Positions 29,614 to 42,560 of a stretch of 64,000 nt of DNA are shown in pieces. This stretch comes from an uncultured delta proteobacterium (GTDB taxonomy: Bacteria; Myxococcota; Myxococcia; Myxococcales; Myxococcaceae): NCBI GenBank assembly GCA_963771175.1, contig CAVYSY010000031.1, positions 96,001 to 160,000 of the forward strand. Direction: 5' to 3'. The notes under the pieces were generated by a model. That model saw only the letters and a program-made list of their open reading frames with translations, did not search any database and was not told the origin of the DNA. Position numbers and translations under genes: made by a program. Each line of letters opens with the position of its first letter. Position 1 is the stretch's first letter.

Positions 29614-32600
29614 ATGCGCACGCTCTCCCGTGGCCTCTCCGCGCTCCTCCTCGCCACCGGCCTCCTGACCGGTTGTGCCCACACGTCCTCTCCCACCGAG
29701 GTGCTCGACCGAGCCGCCACGGCGGCGAAGAAGGGCACCAGTGAAGCGCGCACGCTCGCGCTCGCCGGTTTCCATGCCTGGCTGGTGACGGGAGACCCCG
29801 CCGCGGCCCAGGCCCGCTTCGACGAGGCCGGAGCCAAGGACCCGGCCGACCCCTACGCCCTCTACGGCCAGCACCTGCTCGCGCGCCGCGCCGCCAACCC
29901 CCGCCGCGCGCTGGATGCCGCACTGGCCGTGGCCACCCGCGCACCACGCCACCCGCTCGCGGTGCCCTCCGCGCGCTACGTGCTGGACATGGTGGGCACC
30001 TCCCCCGCGCTGGATGACGTCATCCTCACGGGCACCCAGGCCGCGCTCGAGGCCGGCACCGTGGGCGAGGCCGCCCAACTCCTGCGCGGCATCCAGGTGG
30101 CCATCCTCGGCTTGAGGGAGGACCGGGCCGCCCAGGCCGCCGCGCTCGCGGACATGGGCGCGGTGAACACGGCCACGCTGCTGGGGCCCTTCTCGGCCTG
30201 GCACCTGCTCGCCTTCGACGAGACCACCCCTCCGGAGAAGACGGGCTCGCTGGCGGGTCCCTTCACCGGCCCCTTCGGGCAGCTCACGCCGCGCACCCTG
30301 CGCGCCCCGGACAGCCGGCTGGACGTGGCCGGCGAGCCGGGCCCGGGTGACATCTACCTGATGGCCGTGGACGCCGAGGTGTCCGAGGCCGGTGTCTACG
30401 TGGCGCGCGCCGTCAGCGCCTCCGCGAACAAGGTCATGGTGGATGGCGCGCCCCTACTGGAGCGCCGCGCCTTCGCCCGCGCCGGCTCCACGGTGTCCGC
30501 GAGCCCCATCTATCTGTCAGCGGGCCGACACCGCATCCTCATCAAGCTGCTGAAGGACCAGCGGGGGGCCAACGTGTCCTTCGCGCTGGCACGCGCGGAT
30601 GGGCGCCCCTCGGCCATCCGCTACACCCCGGCGAGCGGGCCGGCGCCCTCCTCCTGGGGCTCGGCGCCGAAGGAGGCCGAGGCGGAGCTCGTCTACCCCG
30701 GCCCGGAGGAACTGGCCGCCGCGCTCGTCGACGAGGCGGGCCCGCTGCTGGCGGACTTCATCGGAGTGCGTGACGGGATGGGGAGGGCTCCGGACGGGGC
30801 CTGGAGGCTGATGACGCGCCTGCAGAAGGCCTCGCAGAGCGCCGCCATCCTCTCGCTGCGCGCCGAGCTGGCCACACAGGACCGGAGCATCCCCACCAAG
30901 GTGGCGCGCGGGCGCGCGACGAGGGACCTGGAGACGGTGATGGCGAAGGACCCGGGCGACGTGGCCGCGCTGCTCCTGCGCGCCGAGCTGGCCCTCAACG
31001 ACGACCAGCCCTCCGCGGCGATGGAGACGCTGAAGACGGCGCGGGCCGCGGCGAAGCAGCCGGGCTGGCCCGTGTACCTGCTGGAGGCACGCACGGCACT
31101 GGCGCTGGAGGTGGAGAGCCAGGCCGAGGAGAGTCTGGAGGCGGCGCTGAAGGCACAGCCGGGCCTGTGCGAGGCGCAGGGGCTGCGCTACGGGCTGGCG
31201 CGTCGCCGTGACGCGGTGGCACGCGCGGACGAGTTGATGGGCTCGCTGAAGGGTTGCCCGGGCTCGCTCATGCGGGCCGCCGAGCACGCGAAGATGCGGG
31301 GGAACCTGGAGCGGGCCGCGTCCCTCTACCAGGAGCAACTGGTGCGCAACCCGGGTGACTTGAACACGGGCCTGTCGCTGGCGAACGCCTACGTGGCGCT
31401 GCGCCGCTTCGACGAGGCCTCGGCGGCGCTGAAGTCCCTGAGCGCGCTCTGGCCGCGCAACGCGAAGGTGCTGGAGATGCTCGCGGACGTGCGCGAGCAC
31501 GCCGGGGACGCGGCCGGAGCCCTGGCCCTGCGCGAGCAGGCACTGCTGCTGGACGGGAGCAACCTGTCGCTGCGCCGCGCCGTGGTGCGCGCGAGGACGG
31601 GGCAGGAGGTGCTGCAGGCGTACGCCATCGACGGCCGGCAGGCCATCAAGGAGTACGAGGCCAACCCGGGCCTGGAGGACAGCGCCGCCGCCTACGTGCT
31701 GGACGCGGCGGCCACGCAGGCCTGGCCGGACGGCTCGCAGGTCACCCGCATCCACAGCGTCCAGAAGGCGCTCGAGCAGAGCGGCGTGCAGGAGATCGCC
31801 GAGGTGAGGCTGCCCTCGGGCGCGCAGGTGCTGGCGCTGCGGACCCTCAAGGCGGATGGCACGGTGCTGGAGCCGGAGAGCATCGAGGGCAAGGACACCG
31901 TGAGCCTGCCGGGCGTGCAGGTGGGGGACTACGTGGAGGTGGAGTACCTGCTGGCGGAGGCATCGCGAGGGCCTGCCCAGCCGGGCTTCACCGCGTCCGA
32001 CTTCTACTTCAGCATCGCCAACATGCCGGACCATCGGGCCACCTACACGGTGGTGGCGCCCAAGGGCACGGGCATGAAGGTGGACGCGCACAACATGAAG
32101 GCGTCGGCGCCGGTGGTGAAGGGAGACGAGGAGGTCTTCACCTTCGAGGTGCGCAACGTGCCGCCCTTCATCCCCGAGCCGGACAGCCCGCCGTCGAGCC
32201 AGGAGTACATGCCCTTCGTGGTGGTGGGCGCGGGCACCACGGGCAATGACCGGCTGGTGACGGTGTACGCGGACGCCTTCCTGGACCGGGGCGCGCTCAA
32301 CTGGGAGGTGGAGGCGTTCGCGCGGGAAGCGACCGAGGGCAAGAGCGGGCTGGAGGCGGCGAAGGCGCTGTACGCGGCGGTGATGAAGCGCTTCACCGGC
32401 CGGGATTCGGGGCTGTCGCAGTCGGCGGCCTCGTCGATGGCGCAGGACCGGGGCAGCCGGCTGTGGGTGCTGAAGGCGGGACTGGAGTCGCTGGGAATTC
32501 CCACGCGCGTGGTGGCGGTGCGCACCTTCTCGGCGGATCCGGCGGAGTACCTGTTCCCCGAGGAGTCGCTGCTGCCGTACGTGACGCTGCGGGCGGACGT

Positions 32601-33387
32601 GCCGGGAGCGGGTCCGGTGTGGCTGGACACCACCACGCGCTTCGCGCCGTTCGGCGAGCTGCCCGAGGCGGCGATGGGCGAGCGCGACGCATACCTGCTG
32701 CCCGAGCCCGGCCGCGCGCTGGAGAAGGTGAAGACGCCCGCCCTGGGCAAGCCTCAGGGCAAGCAGGTGAAGCTGGCGCTGGAGGTGGATGAGAAGGGCC
32801 AGCTCACCGGCAAGGGTGAGGAGGTCTACAGCGGCTTCCAGGCGGCGCAGCTCGGGGAGGCCTTCGAGGCCATCTCCGGGGACCGCCGGCGGCAGGCGAT
32901 GCAGTCGGCGGTGGGTCGCTACTTCGGCGGAGCGGTGCTGACGGACCTGAAGCTGGAGCACTCGGAGGAGGTGGGCGCGCCCTTCACGGTGCGCTACGAG
33001 TTCAAGGCACCGAACTTCGCTCGGGCGGATGGCAACAAGCTGGTGATGCCGCCGATCAGCATGCCCGCGAACCTGGGGCGGCAGTACGTGCAGCTCAGCA
33101 CGCGCACCACGCCGTTGTTCATCGAGGCCACCGAGGAGAGCCGGACGCAGGTGACGCTGACGATGCCGAAGGGCTACCGGCTGGCGGATCCGCAGGCGCA
33201 GCTCAAGTCGGAGAGCCCGTTCGGACGCCTGCAGCACACGGAGAAGCAGGAGGGGAGCACGCTCACCGTCGACGAGACGCTGCGGGTGGAGCGCGCGCGC
33301 ATCCCGGTCCAGAAGTACGAGGACTTCGCGCACTTCGCCGGCGAGGTGGACCTCATCCAGTCGAGGGACCTGGTCCTCACGAAGTAG
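29614..33387 (+). CDS. large lipoprotein with TPR repeats and DUF3857/transglutaminase-like domains
   Basis: LLTGC lipobox, TPR-like helices, LPGVQVGDYVEVEY (DUF3857-like), GPVWLD. Confidence 0.75.
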   Translation: MRTLSRGLSALLLATGLLTGCAHTSSPTEVLDRAATAAKKGTSEARTLALAGFHAWLVTGDPAAAQARFDEAGAKDPADPYALYGQHLLARRAANPRRALDAALAVATRAPRHPLAVPSARYVLDMVGTSPALDDVILTGTQAALEAGTVGEAAQLLRGIQVAILGLREDRAAQAAALADMGAVNTATLLGPFSAWHLLAFDETTPPEKTGSLAGPFTGPFGQLTPRTLRAPDSRLDVAGEPGPGDIYLMAVDAEVSEAGVYVARAVSASANKVMVDGAPLLERRAFARAGSTVSASPIYLSAGRHRILIKLLKDQRGANVSFALARADGRPSAIRYTPASGPAPSSWGSAPKEAEAELVYPGPEELAAALVDEAGPLLADFIGVRDGMGRAPDGAWRLMTRLQKASQSAAILSLRAELATQDRSIPTKVARGRATRDLETVMAKDPGDVAALLLRAELALNDDQPSAAMETLKTARAAAKQPGWPVYLLEARTALALEVESQAEESLEAALKAQPGLCEAQGLRYGLARRRDAVARADELMGSLKGCPGSLMRAAEHAKMRGNLERAASLYQEQLVRNPGDLNTGLSLANAYVALRRFDEASAALKSLSALWPRNAKVLEMLADVREHAGDAAGALALREQALLLDGSNLSLRRAVVRARTGQEVLQAYAIDGRQAIKEYEANPGLEDSAAAYVLDAAATQAWPDGSQVTRIHSVQKALEQSGVQEIAEVRLPSGAQVLALRTLKADGTVLEPESIEGKDTVSLPGVQVGDYVEVEYLLAEASRGPAQPGFTASDFYFSIANMPDHRATYTVVAPKGTGMKVDAHNMKASAPVVKGDEEVFTFEVRNVPPFIPEPDSPPSSQEYMPFVVVGAGTTGNDRLVTVYADAFLDRGALNWEVEAFAREATEGKSGLEAAKALYAAVMKRFTGRDSGLSQSAASSMAQDRGSRLWVLKAGLESLGIPTRVVAVRTFSADPAEYLFPEESLLPYVTLRADVPGAGPVWLDTTTRFAPFGELPEAAMGERDAYLLPEPGRALEKVKTPALGKPQGKQVKLALEVDEKGQLTGKGEEVYSGFQAAQLGEAFEAISGDRRRQAMQSAVGRYFGGAVLTDLKLEHSEEVGAPFTVRYEFKAPNFARADGNKLVMPPISMPANLGRQYVQLSTRTTPLFIEATEESRTQVTLTMPKGYRLADPQAQLKSESPFGRLQHTEKQEGSTLTVDETLRVERARIPVQKYEDFAHFAGEVDLIQSRDLVLTK

Positions 33388-33457
33388 CCCGAGCGGAACG
33401 GAGTGGCGGGCCCGGGGCATGAGCAACCCGGGCTCCGCCTGCCGGGCCGTCTCCCGG

Positions 33458-33494
33458 AAATAAAAAAGGCCCAGCCTCACGAGGAGACTGGGCC
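33458..33494 (-). terminator. intrinsic terminator of the cold-shock gene
   Basis: Minus strand ggcccagtctc...gaggctgggcc followed by TTTTTT. Confidence 0.75.
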
Positions 33495-33518
33495 GGTGCG
33501 GGTCCTAGCGACGCGCGA

Positions 33519-33722
33519 TCAGATGGGGCGAACGTTCTGCGCCTGCAGGCCCTTGGGGCCACGGGCGACATCGAACTCGACCTTCTGCCCTTCCTGCAGG
33601 GAGCGGAAGCCTTCGGTCTGGATCGCAGTGTGGTGGCAGAAGAGGTCCTCGCCCCCGCCGTCCTGCGTGATGAAACCGAAGCCCTTCGCGTCGTTGAACC
33701 ACTTCACGGTACCGGTTGCCAT
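33519..33722 (-). CDS. cspA: cold-shock protein (CspA family)
   Basis: [18 protein letters not shown]...LFCHHTAI...[10 protein letters not shown]. Confidence 0.95.
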   Translation of the reverse strand: MATGTVKWFNDAKGFGFITQDGGGEDLFCHHTAIQTEGFRSLQEGQKVEFDVARGPKGLQAQNVRPI

Positions 33723-33931
33723 TTACTCGTCTTCTTTCTTGTCCGGCATCATGAGTTGAGCCGGATGCCGATCCCCTCGGGAGTGCGGCAGTTGCCGTTT
33801 GCCACGTTTCGAGGCGAATGTCACCTATCTCCGCGACCAAAGATGAAAACCCCCGGCCCCGGGCGCCCATTCCGCGAGCCAATGTCCACTCCATGACAGG
33901 TCCATGACGGGGGGCATGCCCAGATGGCGGC

Positions 33932-34705
33932 ATGGTCTACGCCTTCTTCGCCGCCCATTGGGTGCTCTGCGTCCTCCTCCAGAGCCTCTTCCAGCACCGC
34001 TACGCCGCGCACCGCATGTACACCATGGGGCCGCGCACCGAGCGAGCCCTGCACCTGCTCACCTATCTGGTGCAGGGCGCCAGCTTCTTGTCGCCGCGGG
34101 GCTACGCCATCCTCCACCGCGAGCACCACGCCTTCTCCGACACCGAGAAGGACCCGCACGCCCCGTCCTTCCACCCCAATGCGGTGCGGATGATGCTCCA
34201 CACGAAGAAGCGCTACGACGACTACGCCTATGACCGGAAGCAGCCCGAGGCCCGTTTCCTCGGCGGCTACCCCGAGTGGCCACTCGTCGACAGGACGCTC
34301 GGCCAGTCCTGGGTGATGCGCGGCCTCTGGGTGGCCCTCTACACCGCCTTCTACGTGGCCTTCGCCACCAGCCCCTGGCAGTTCCTGCTGCTGCCCATCC
34401 ACTTCGTCATGGGCCCGGTGCACGGCGCCATCGTCAACTGGTGCGGCCACAAGTACGGCTACCGCAACTTCGCCAATGGCGATGACTCGCTCAACACCCT
34501 GCCCATGGACTTCCTCTGCATGGGCGAGCTCTTCCAGAACAACCACCACAAGTACGGGATGAGCCCCAACTTCGCCGCGCGCCGCTGGGAGTTGGATCCC
34601 ACGTGGCAGGTGATGCGCGTGCTCGCGAAGCTGGGAATCATCGAGATCGCCACGCCCCAGCGCGCCGTCTACCCCGAGCCCGAGCGCCTCGGCCAGGCGG
34701 CCTGA
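33932..34705 (+). CDS. acyl-CoA (delta-9-type) fatty acid desaturase
   Basis: His boxes HRYAAH, HREHH and QNNHH; NWCGH. Confidence 0.9.
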   Translation: MVYAFFAAHWVLCVLLQSLFQHRYAAHRMYTMGPRTERALHLLTYLVQGASFLSPRGYAILHREHHAFSDTEKDPHAPSFHPNAVRMMLHTKKRYDDYAYDRKQPEARFLGGYPEWPLVDRTLGQSWVMRGLWVALYTAFYVAFATSPWQFLLLPIHFVMGPVHGAIVNWCGHKYGYRNFANGDDSLNTLPMDFLCMGELFQNNHHKYGMSPNFAARRWELDPTWQVMRVLAKLGIIEIATPQRAVYPEPERLGQAA

Positions 34706-34710
34706 GTCCG

Positions 34711-35472
34711 CTACTCGAACCTGCCGTGCCGGCCGGCGCCGCGAGCGAAGCGCGTCGCCCCCGCCAGGGACTCGGACTCGAGCACCTGGATACCACCGCG
34801 AAACTCCTGGAGGAGCGCCTCCTCCATGGAGAGCCCGGCCTGGGCATATGCCGAGCGCCGATCCGCGTTCATGCACGCCTGCGGGAAGGCGGAGATCTCC
34901 CGGGCCAGGGACTCGGCGGCCTCGCGCGCGTTGCCACGGGGCACCACGCGGTTGACGAGCCCCATGGCCAACGCCTCCTGCGCGGACACCGGGCGGCCGG
35001 TGAGGATGAGGTCCAGCGCGCGCGAGAGGCCAATCAGCCGGGGCAGCCGCACCGTGCCTCCGTCGATGAGCGGCACGCCCCAGCGCCGGCAGAACACGCC
35101 CAGCACGGCGTCCTCCTCGGCGACGCGCAGGTCACACCAAAGGGCCAGCTCCAGCCCTCCGGCGACGGCATGGCCGGAGATGGCGGCAATCACCGGCTTG
35201 CCCAGCACCATCCGCGAGGGCCCCATGGGTCCGTCGCCCTCGGGCTCCAGGTGCGGCAGCCGGCCCTCGGCCACCGCCTTCAAGTCCGCGCCCGCGCAGA
35301 AGGTGCCGCCCTCGCCGAAGAAGACGCCCACCTTCGCCTCGCCATCCGCGTCGAACTCGCGGAAGGCATTGGCGAGCGCCTGGGCCGTGGGTCCATCCAC
35401 GGCGTTGCGCACGTCGGGGCGACTGAGGATGACGGTGGTGATGGGACCGTTCTTCTCGACGCGGACACTCAT
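34711..35472 (-). CDS. enoyl-CoA hydratase/crotonase family protein
   Basis: FCAGADL, KPVIAAISGHAVAGGLELALWCDLR. Confidence 0.95.
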   Translation of the reverse strand: MSVRVEKNGPITTVILSRPDVRNAVDGPTAQALANAFREFDADGEAKVGVFFGEGGTFCAGADLKAVAEGRLPHLEPEGDGPMGPSRMVLGKPVIAAISGHAVAGGLELALWCDLRVAEEDAVLGVFCRRWGVPLIDGGTVRLPRLIGLSRALDLILTGRPVSAQEALAMGLVNRVVPRGNAREAAESLAREISAFPQACMNADRRSAYAQAGLSMEEALLQEFRGGIQVLESESLAGATRFARGAGRHGRFE

Positions 35473-35486
35473 GGACGCAGGTCCCC

Positions 35487-35987
35487 CTAGAACGCGTAGC
35501 GTACGGTGGCTTGAGACCCGGCGAAGCGCAGCTCGACGGTGCCGTGCTCGCCCCTGTTCTGCTCGCGCCAGCGCTGCTGGAGCGGCGTGAGGTCGAAGCT
35601 CGCCGTCCGGGTCAGCAGCGCCTTGCACATATCCCCGTGGGCGTCATGGGCCAGCACGAGCTCCGCCTGGGCCTCACCCGTCGCCGAGCCCTGGAAGGTC
35701 CCGTTCCAGAGGAGCTCATACGAGTGCTCCCTGCAGCCGCCGGAGTGCGTCACCCTGGCCACCAGCGTGTTCCCCTGGAGCTCGACGCTCTCGATGTCGA
35801 GGCCATCCTTGAGCGCGGGAGACTCGGTCACTCGCAGGGGCGTGGACGCGGGCGCGGCCACGGAGGGCTCGGCGGGACTCTCGGCCGGAGGGGAGGACCG
35901 GGTGTTGTCACCCCCCGTCGAGGTCGAGGGCCCCGCACATCCGAGCAGGGCACTGAGAACGAGACCACTCCAGACTGGCTTCCGCAT
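35487..35987 (-). CDS. hypothetical lipoprotein
   Basis: LLGC lipobox, Ser/Pro linker, SGGC...HDAHGDMCKA Cys-pair domain. Confidence 0.75.
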   Translation of the reverse strand: MRKPVWSGLVLSALLGCAGPSTSTGGDNTRSSPPAESPAEPSVAAPASTPLRVTESPALKDGLDIESVELQGNTLVARVTHSGGCREHSYELLWNGTFQGSATGEAQAELVLAHDAHGDMCKALLTRTASFDLTPLQQRWREQNRGEHGTVELRFAGSQATVRYAF

Positions 35988-36030
35988 ATCCCCTCCTGAT
36001 GGCCAGCTTCGGCCGGGATTCACGCGGAGC

Positions 36031-36588
36031 CTACATCCACCCGAGCTGCAGTCGCGCCACGTCCGACATGCGGCCCTGGTCCCAGGGTGGGTCCCAGACG
36101 AGCTGCACGTCCGCCTCCTTCACCCCGGGCACGTCCTGCACCTTGCGCCGCACGTCGTCCACCAGCACGGGCCCCATGCCGCACCCCGGCGCGGTGACCG
36201 TCATCTGGATCTCCACCTTCTGCCCACCCTCCGGCAGCGGCGTGGCCTTGCACTGGTACACCAGCCCCAGCTCCACGATGTTCACCGGAATCTCCGGGTC
36301 GTACACCGTACGGAGCTGCTCCCAGACTCGCTCCTCGTCGAACGTGCCCTCGGCGACGGGCGCTGACGGCTCGGCCCGCGGATTCTGAGCGACGTAGTCG
36401 GCGCCCAGCGCATCCGAGTCCTTCTCGTCGATGCGCATGAGCTGCCCGTAATCGCCCTGCACGGTCACGTTGCCGCCGAGCGTCTGGAGCACCCGCACCT
36501 CGGTGCCCGCGGGCACCATCACCCGCTCGCCGCTGGGAATCATCGTCACTTCGCAGTCCCGCGCGAGCGGTGTCATCAAACCCCTCAT
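36031..36588 (-). CDS. sufT: Fe-S cluster assembly protein SufT (DUF59)
   Basis: VYDPEIPVNIVELGLVY, MTVTAPGCGMG, VWDPPW; last gene of the SUF operon. Confidence 0.9.
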   Translation of the reverse strand: MRGLMTPLARDCEVTMIPSGERVMVPAGTEVRVLQTLGGNVTVQGDYGQLMRIDEKDSDALGADYVAQNPRAEPSAPVAEGTFDEERVWEQLRTVYDPEIPVNIVELGLVYQCKATPLPEGGQKVEIQMTVTAPGCGMGPVLVDDVRRKVQDVPGVKEADVQLVWDPPWDQGRMSDVARLQLGWM

Positions 36589-36601
36589 CCGGACATCCTC
36601 C

Positions 36602-37054
36602 CTACTCCGTCGAGACGGAGGCTTCCTTGCCATCGAGCGCCGCGCGCAGCGCGTGCCATGCGAGGCTGGCGCACTTCACCCGGGCCGGGAATGCATTCAC
36701 CCCGGACAGCACCGCCAATTTGCCCAGGGCCCCCATGTCCAATCCCTCGGGGCCCTCCGTCACCAGCTTGTGCACCAGCGCGTAGAGCTCCTCGGCCTGG
36801 GCCCGAGACAGCTCCTTCACCGCCCCCGTCATCAGCGACGCCGAGGCCCTCGAGATGGCGCACCCCTGCCCCACGAAGCCCACGTCCTTGATGACGTCGC
36901 CTTCCATCCGCAGCGTCACCGTGAGCTGGTCGCCGCACAGCGGGTTGTAACCATCGGCCCGCCGGTTGGCGCCCTCCACCTCGCGGAAGTTGCGCGGTCG
37001 CTTGCCGTGCTCCAGCACCACCTCTTGGTAGAGGTCCTGCAACTCCGAGCTCAT
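36602..37054 (-). CDS. sufU: SUF system NifU-family protein
   Basis: LYQEVVLEH, NPLCGD, GCAISRASAS, RVKCA. Confidence 0.95.
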   Translation of the reverse strand: MSSELQDLYQEVVLEHGKRPRNFREVEGANRRADGYNPLCGDQLTVTLRMEGDVIKDVGFVGQGCAISRASASLMTGAVKELSRAQAEELYALVHKLVTEGPEGLDMGALGKLAVLSGVNAFPARVKCASLAWHALRAALDGKEASVSTE

Positions 37055-38280
37055 GCGAACACCTCCCGCACCTTGTGCAGCCCGCGCACGAGCGCGTCGA
37101 TGTCCTCGCGCGTGTTGTACATGGCCAGCGAGGCACGCACCGTGGCCGCCACCCCGAAGCACGCCAGCAGCGGCTGCGCGCAGTGGTGGCCCGCCCGGAT
37201 GGCCACGCCCTCCCGGTCCAGGATGGTGCCCACGTCGTGCGCGTGGACATCCTCCATGATGAAGGACAGCACGCCCGAGCGCTCGCGCGCCCGGCCCATC
37301 AGCTTCAGGCCCGGCACGCTCTGGAGCGCCTGCGTCCCGTACTCCAGCAGATCCCTGTCGTGCGCCGCGATGGCGTCCAGCCCCACCGAGTCGATGTAGT
37401 CCAGCGCCGCCCCCAGCCCCACCGCGCCCGCGATGTCCGGCGTGCCCGCCTCGAAGCGGTAGGGCAGCCGGTTGTAGACGGTCTTCTCCATCGTCACGGT
37501 GAGGATCATGTCCCCGCCGCCCTGCCACGGCGGCAGCGACTCCAGCATCGCGGCCTTGCCGTACAGCACGCCGATGCCCGTGGGCCCGAAGGCCTTGTGC
37601 CCGGAGAGGGCGTAGAAGTCGCAGTCCAGGTCCTGCACGTCCACGCGGAAGTGCTGGAGCGCCTGGGCCCCGTCCACCAGCACCGGCACGCCCTTGGCGT
37701 GGGCCCGCCGGATGATGTCACGCACCGGGTTCACCGTGCCCAGCGCGTTGGACACGTGCGTCACCGCGAGCAGCTTCGTGCGCTCCGTCAGCAGCGCGTC
37801 GAGCTGGTCCATCCGCAGATCGCCGTACTCGTCCACCGGCACCATCTTCAGCGTGGCGCCCGTCTGCTGGCAGGCCATCTGCCAGGGGACGATGTTGGAG
37901 TGGTGCTCCATGGCGGTGATGAGCACCTCGTCGCCGGGTCCCAGCTTGCTGCGCCCGAACGTCTGCGCCACCAGGTTGACGGCCTCGGTGCAGCCGCGCA
38001 CGAAGATGATCTCCTTCGTGTCGCGCGCGTTGATGAACCGGCGGACCCGCTCGCGAGCGCCCTCGTAGGCCACCGTGGCCCGTTCGGAGAGCGCGTGCAC
38101 GCCCCGGTGCACGTTGGCGTTGTCGTGCGTGTAGTAGCGCACCAGCGAGTCGATGACCGACCGCGGCTTCTGCGTCGTCGCCGCGCTGTCCAGGTACACC
38201 AGCGGCCGGCCCCGCACCTCCTGGTGGAGGATGGGGAAGTCCGCGCGGATGCGCGCCACGTCGAAGGTTGTCCCGCTCAT
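37051..38280 (-). CDS. sufS: cysteine desulfurase
   Basis: YLDSAATTQKP, SGHK PLP lysine, RAGHHCAQP. Confidence 0.95.
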   Translation of the reverse strand: MSGTTFDVARIRADFPILHQEVRGRPLVYLDSAATTQKPRSVIDSLVRYYTHDNANVHRGVHALSERATVAYEGARERVRRFINARDTKEIIFVRGCTEAVNLVAQTFGRSKLGPGDEVLITAMEHHSNIVPWQMACQQTGATLKMVPVDEYGDLRMDQLDALLTERTKLLAVTHVSNALGTVNPVRDIIRRAHAKGVPVLVDGAQALQHFRVDVQDLDCDFYALSGHKAFGPTGIGVLYGKAAMLESLPPWQGGGDMILTVTMEKTVYNRLPYRFEAGTPDIAGAVGLGAALDYIDSVGLDAIAAHDRDLLEYGTQALQSVPGLKLMGRARERSGVLSFIMEDVHAHDVGTILDREGVAIRAGHHCAQPLLACFGVAATVRASLAMYNTREDIDALVRGLHKVREVFA

Positions 38281-39601
38281 GCCCGTCCCTCTTTCGCTCC
38301 CGGCAGCTTGCGCGCCAGCAATTCCTCCACCTGCTCCCTCAACGTCGCCAGCGGCACCGCGTCCACCACCTCGCTGGCGAAGGCATGCGTCATCAGCCGC
38401 TCCGCCAGCGCGCGGGGAATGCCGCGGGAGCGCAGGTAGAAGAGCGCCTGCTCGTCCAGGCGGCCCACCGTCGCGCCGTGCGCGCACTTCACGTCGTCCG
38501 CCAGAATCTCCAACTGCGGCCGGGAGTCCGCCATCGCCGCCTCGGAGAGCAGGAGGTTTCGGTTGGACTGGCGCGAGTCCGTCTGCTGCGCGTCCGGCCG
38601 CACCAGCACCTTGCCGTGGAAGGTACCCCGCGCCTTGTCGTCCAGCACGCCCTTGTACAGCTCGCGGCTGGTGCAGCGCGGGCGCGCGTGGTCCAGGTTC
38701 GTCCAGTTGTCCAGGTGCTGCGTACCGTGGCCCACGTACAGTCCCTGGAGGATGCACTCGCCGCCCTCGTCCGCGAAGGCGGCGTGGATCTCACTGCGTG
38801 CGATCGACCCCCCCAGCGAGATGACGTGCGAGGCGAAGCGACTGTCCCGCCCCTGCTCCACGTGCAGGCCGCCGATGTGGTAGGCCGTTTCCGACTCGGC
38901 CTGCAGCTTGAGGTGCGTGACTCGCGCCCCCTGCCCCAACACCACCTCCGTCACCGCGTTGGTGAAGGAGACGCCCGGCGCCGCGCCCACGTAGCTCTCC
39001 ACCAGCGTGAGCTCGCTGTTGTCCCCGGCCTGCACCACCACCCGGGGGCTCGCCAGCGCCACGTGGTTGTCGCCCCGCGCGAGGAAGAGGAGCTGCACGG
39101 GCTCGGAGCACACCGTCCCGGGCGCCAGCCGCACCAGCGCGCCCTCTTCCAGCAGCGCCGCGTTGAGCGCGATGAAGCCGTGCATCTCCGCGCGCGCCCG
39201 CCGGCCGACCACCGCCTCCAGCCCCTCGCCATCCTGGTCCAGCGCCTCGCGCAGGCTGCGCACCGTGAGGCCCTCGGGCCCCCCGTCCAGCCGGGACAGC
39301 TCCCGGACGAACCAGCCATCCACGAAGACCAGCCGCGGCCCCGTACCCGGCAGCGCGAGCCGCGCCACCGCCGCCTCCACCCCGGCCTCGTGCACGGTGC
39401 GCACGGGCGTGAAGGCATGGCCGGAGATGGGAGCCACGTTCAGGTACTTCCAGTCCTCGTGCTTCGTGGTGGGGAAGCCCTGGCGCGCGAGCTGCGCGAT
39501 GGCCTCCTGCCGCATGGCGCGCAGCCACCCGGGCGCGCCCGCCGCCCGCTCCGCCTGGAAGCGCTCGGCCAGGTCGAGATAGTGCTGCAGCCCCGCCTCC
39601 G

Positions 39602-39605
<4 letters not shown>
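38277..39605 (-). CDS. sufD: Fe-S cluster assembly protein SufD
   Basis: EDWKY, PQLEILADDVKCAHGATVG, FYLRSRGI. Confidence 0.95.
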
Positions 39606-41813
<2,208 letters not shown>

Positions 41814-41817
<4 letters not shown>

Positions 41818-42317
41818 GAGTGGACTCCTCCCGCCGTGACCGGGGTGGGGGTTGGGTTCTGCGCCGGGCGCGCGGGCACCCCGAGGCCCACGAGGCGCGG
41901 CACGGGTGAGCACAGGTCCGCCAGCGTCAGCCGGCCGAGCGCGTCCTGGATGGTGCGGTTGATGATGCGCCAGTGACCGCGCACCCGGCACACCGTCTCC
42001 AGCTCGCAGGTGCCGGCCGGCGTGTGGGCACCGTGCGCGCCACACTCGGTGAGGGACACGGGGCCCTCGAGCGCGGCGATGATCTCCGTGAGCGGAATCC
42101 GCTCAGCGGGTTGGGCCAGCCCATAGCCGCCGCTGGCGCCCCGGTGGGATACCAGCAGGCCAGCACCCTGGAGGCCCTTCAGCACCTTGCTCACCGAGGG
42201 GAGGGGCACACCGGTACCTGCCGCCAACTCCCTCGCCGTGCGCGTCTCGTTCCCGGCGCGCGCCAGCTCGGTCAGCAGCACGATGCCGTAGTCGGTCATC
42301 TTGCTCATCCGGAGCAT
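41814..42317 (-). CDS. Rrf2/IscR-family SUF regulator
   Basis: [27 protein letters not shown], three-Cys region; first gene of the SUF operon. Confidence 0.9.
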
Positions 42318-42377
42318 TCGGAATCTCTCCAGCCATCCGGCCCCCCACTTCCGAGAGGCCTCTGCGTGGTGGCTCTT

Positions 42378-42404
42378 TAAACAGGACTAAGCTGGTCCGC
42401 ATTA
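42378..42404. promoter_or_regulatory. putative Rrf2/IscR-type operator
   Basis: TAAACAGGACTAAGCTGGTCCGCATTA contains GGAC-N7-GTCC in an AT-rich patch about 60 bp upstream of the regulator. Confidence 0.55.
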
Positions 42405-42560
42405 AAAATCGTGCCACCGCGGGCTTGGCGCCCCGGTTGCCCGACGACTGGGAGTAAAGGCCCGTCTCAGCCCCTTCCCCTTCTCCAGATTCCAGGGCTA
42501 CTCAGGCAGCGGGATACCCAGGGCATCGAACATCCGACGCGCACAGGACCTTAGTTCGAG

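Noticed and set aside
42400..42417. Sigma54 promoter for the SUF operon (minus strand TGGCACGATTTTTAA)
   Set aside because: Good -24 element but no GC at the -12 position.
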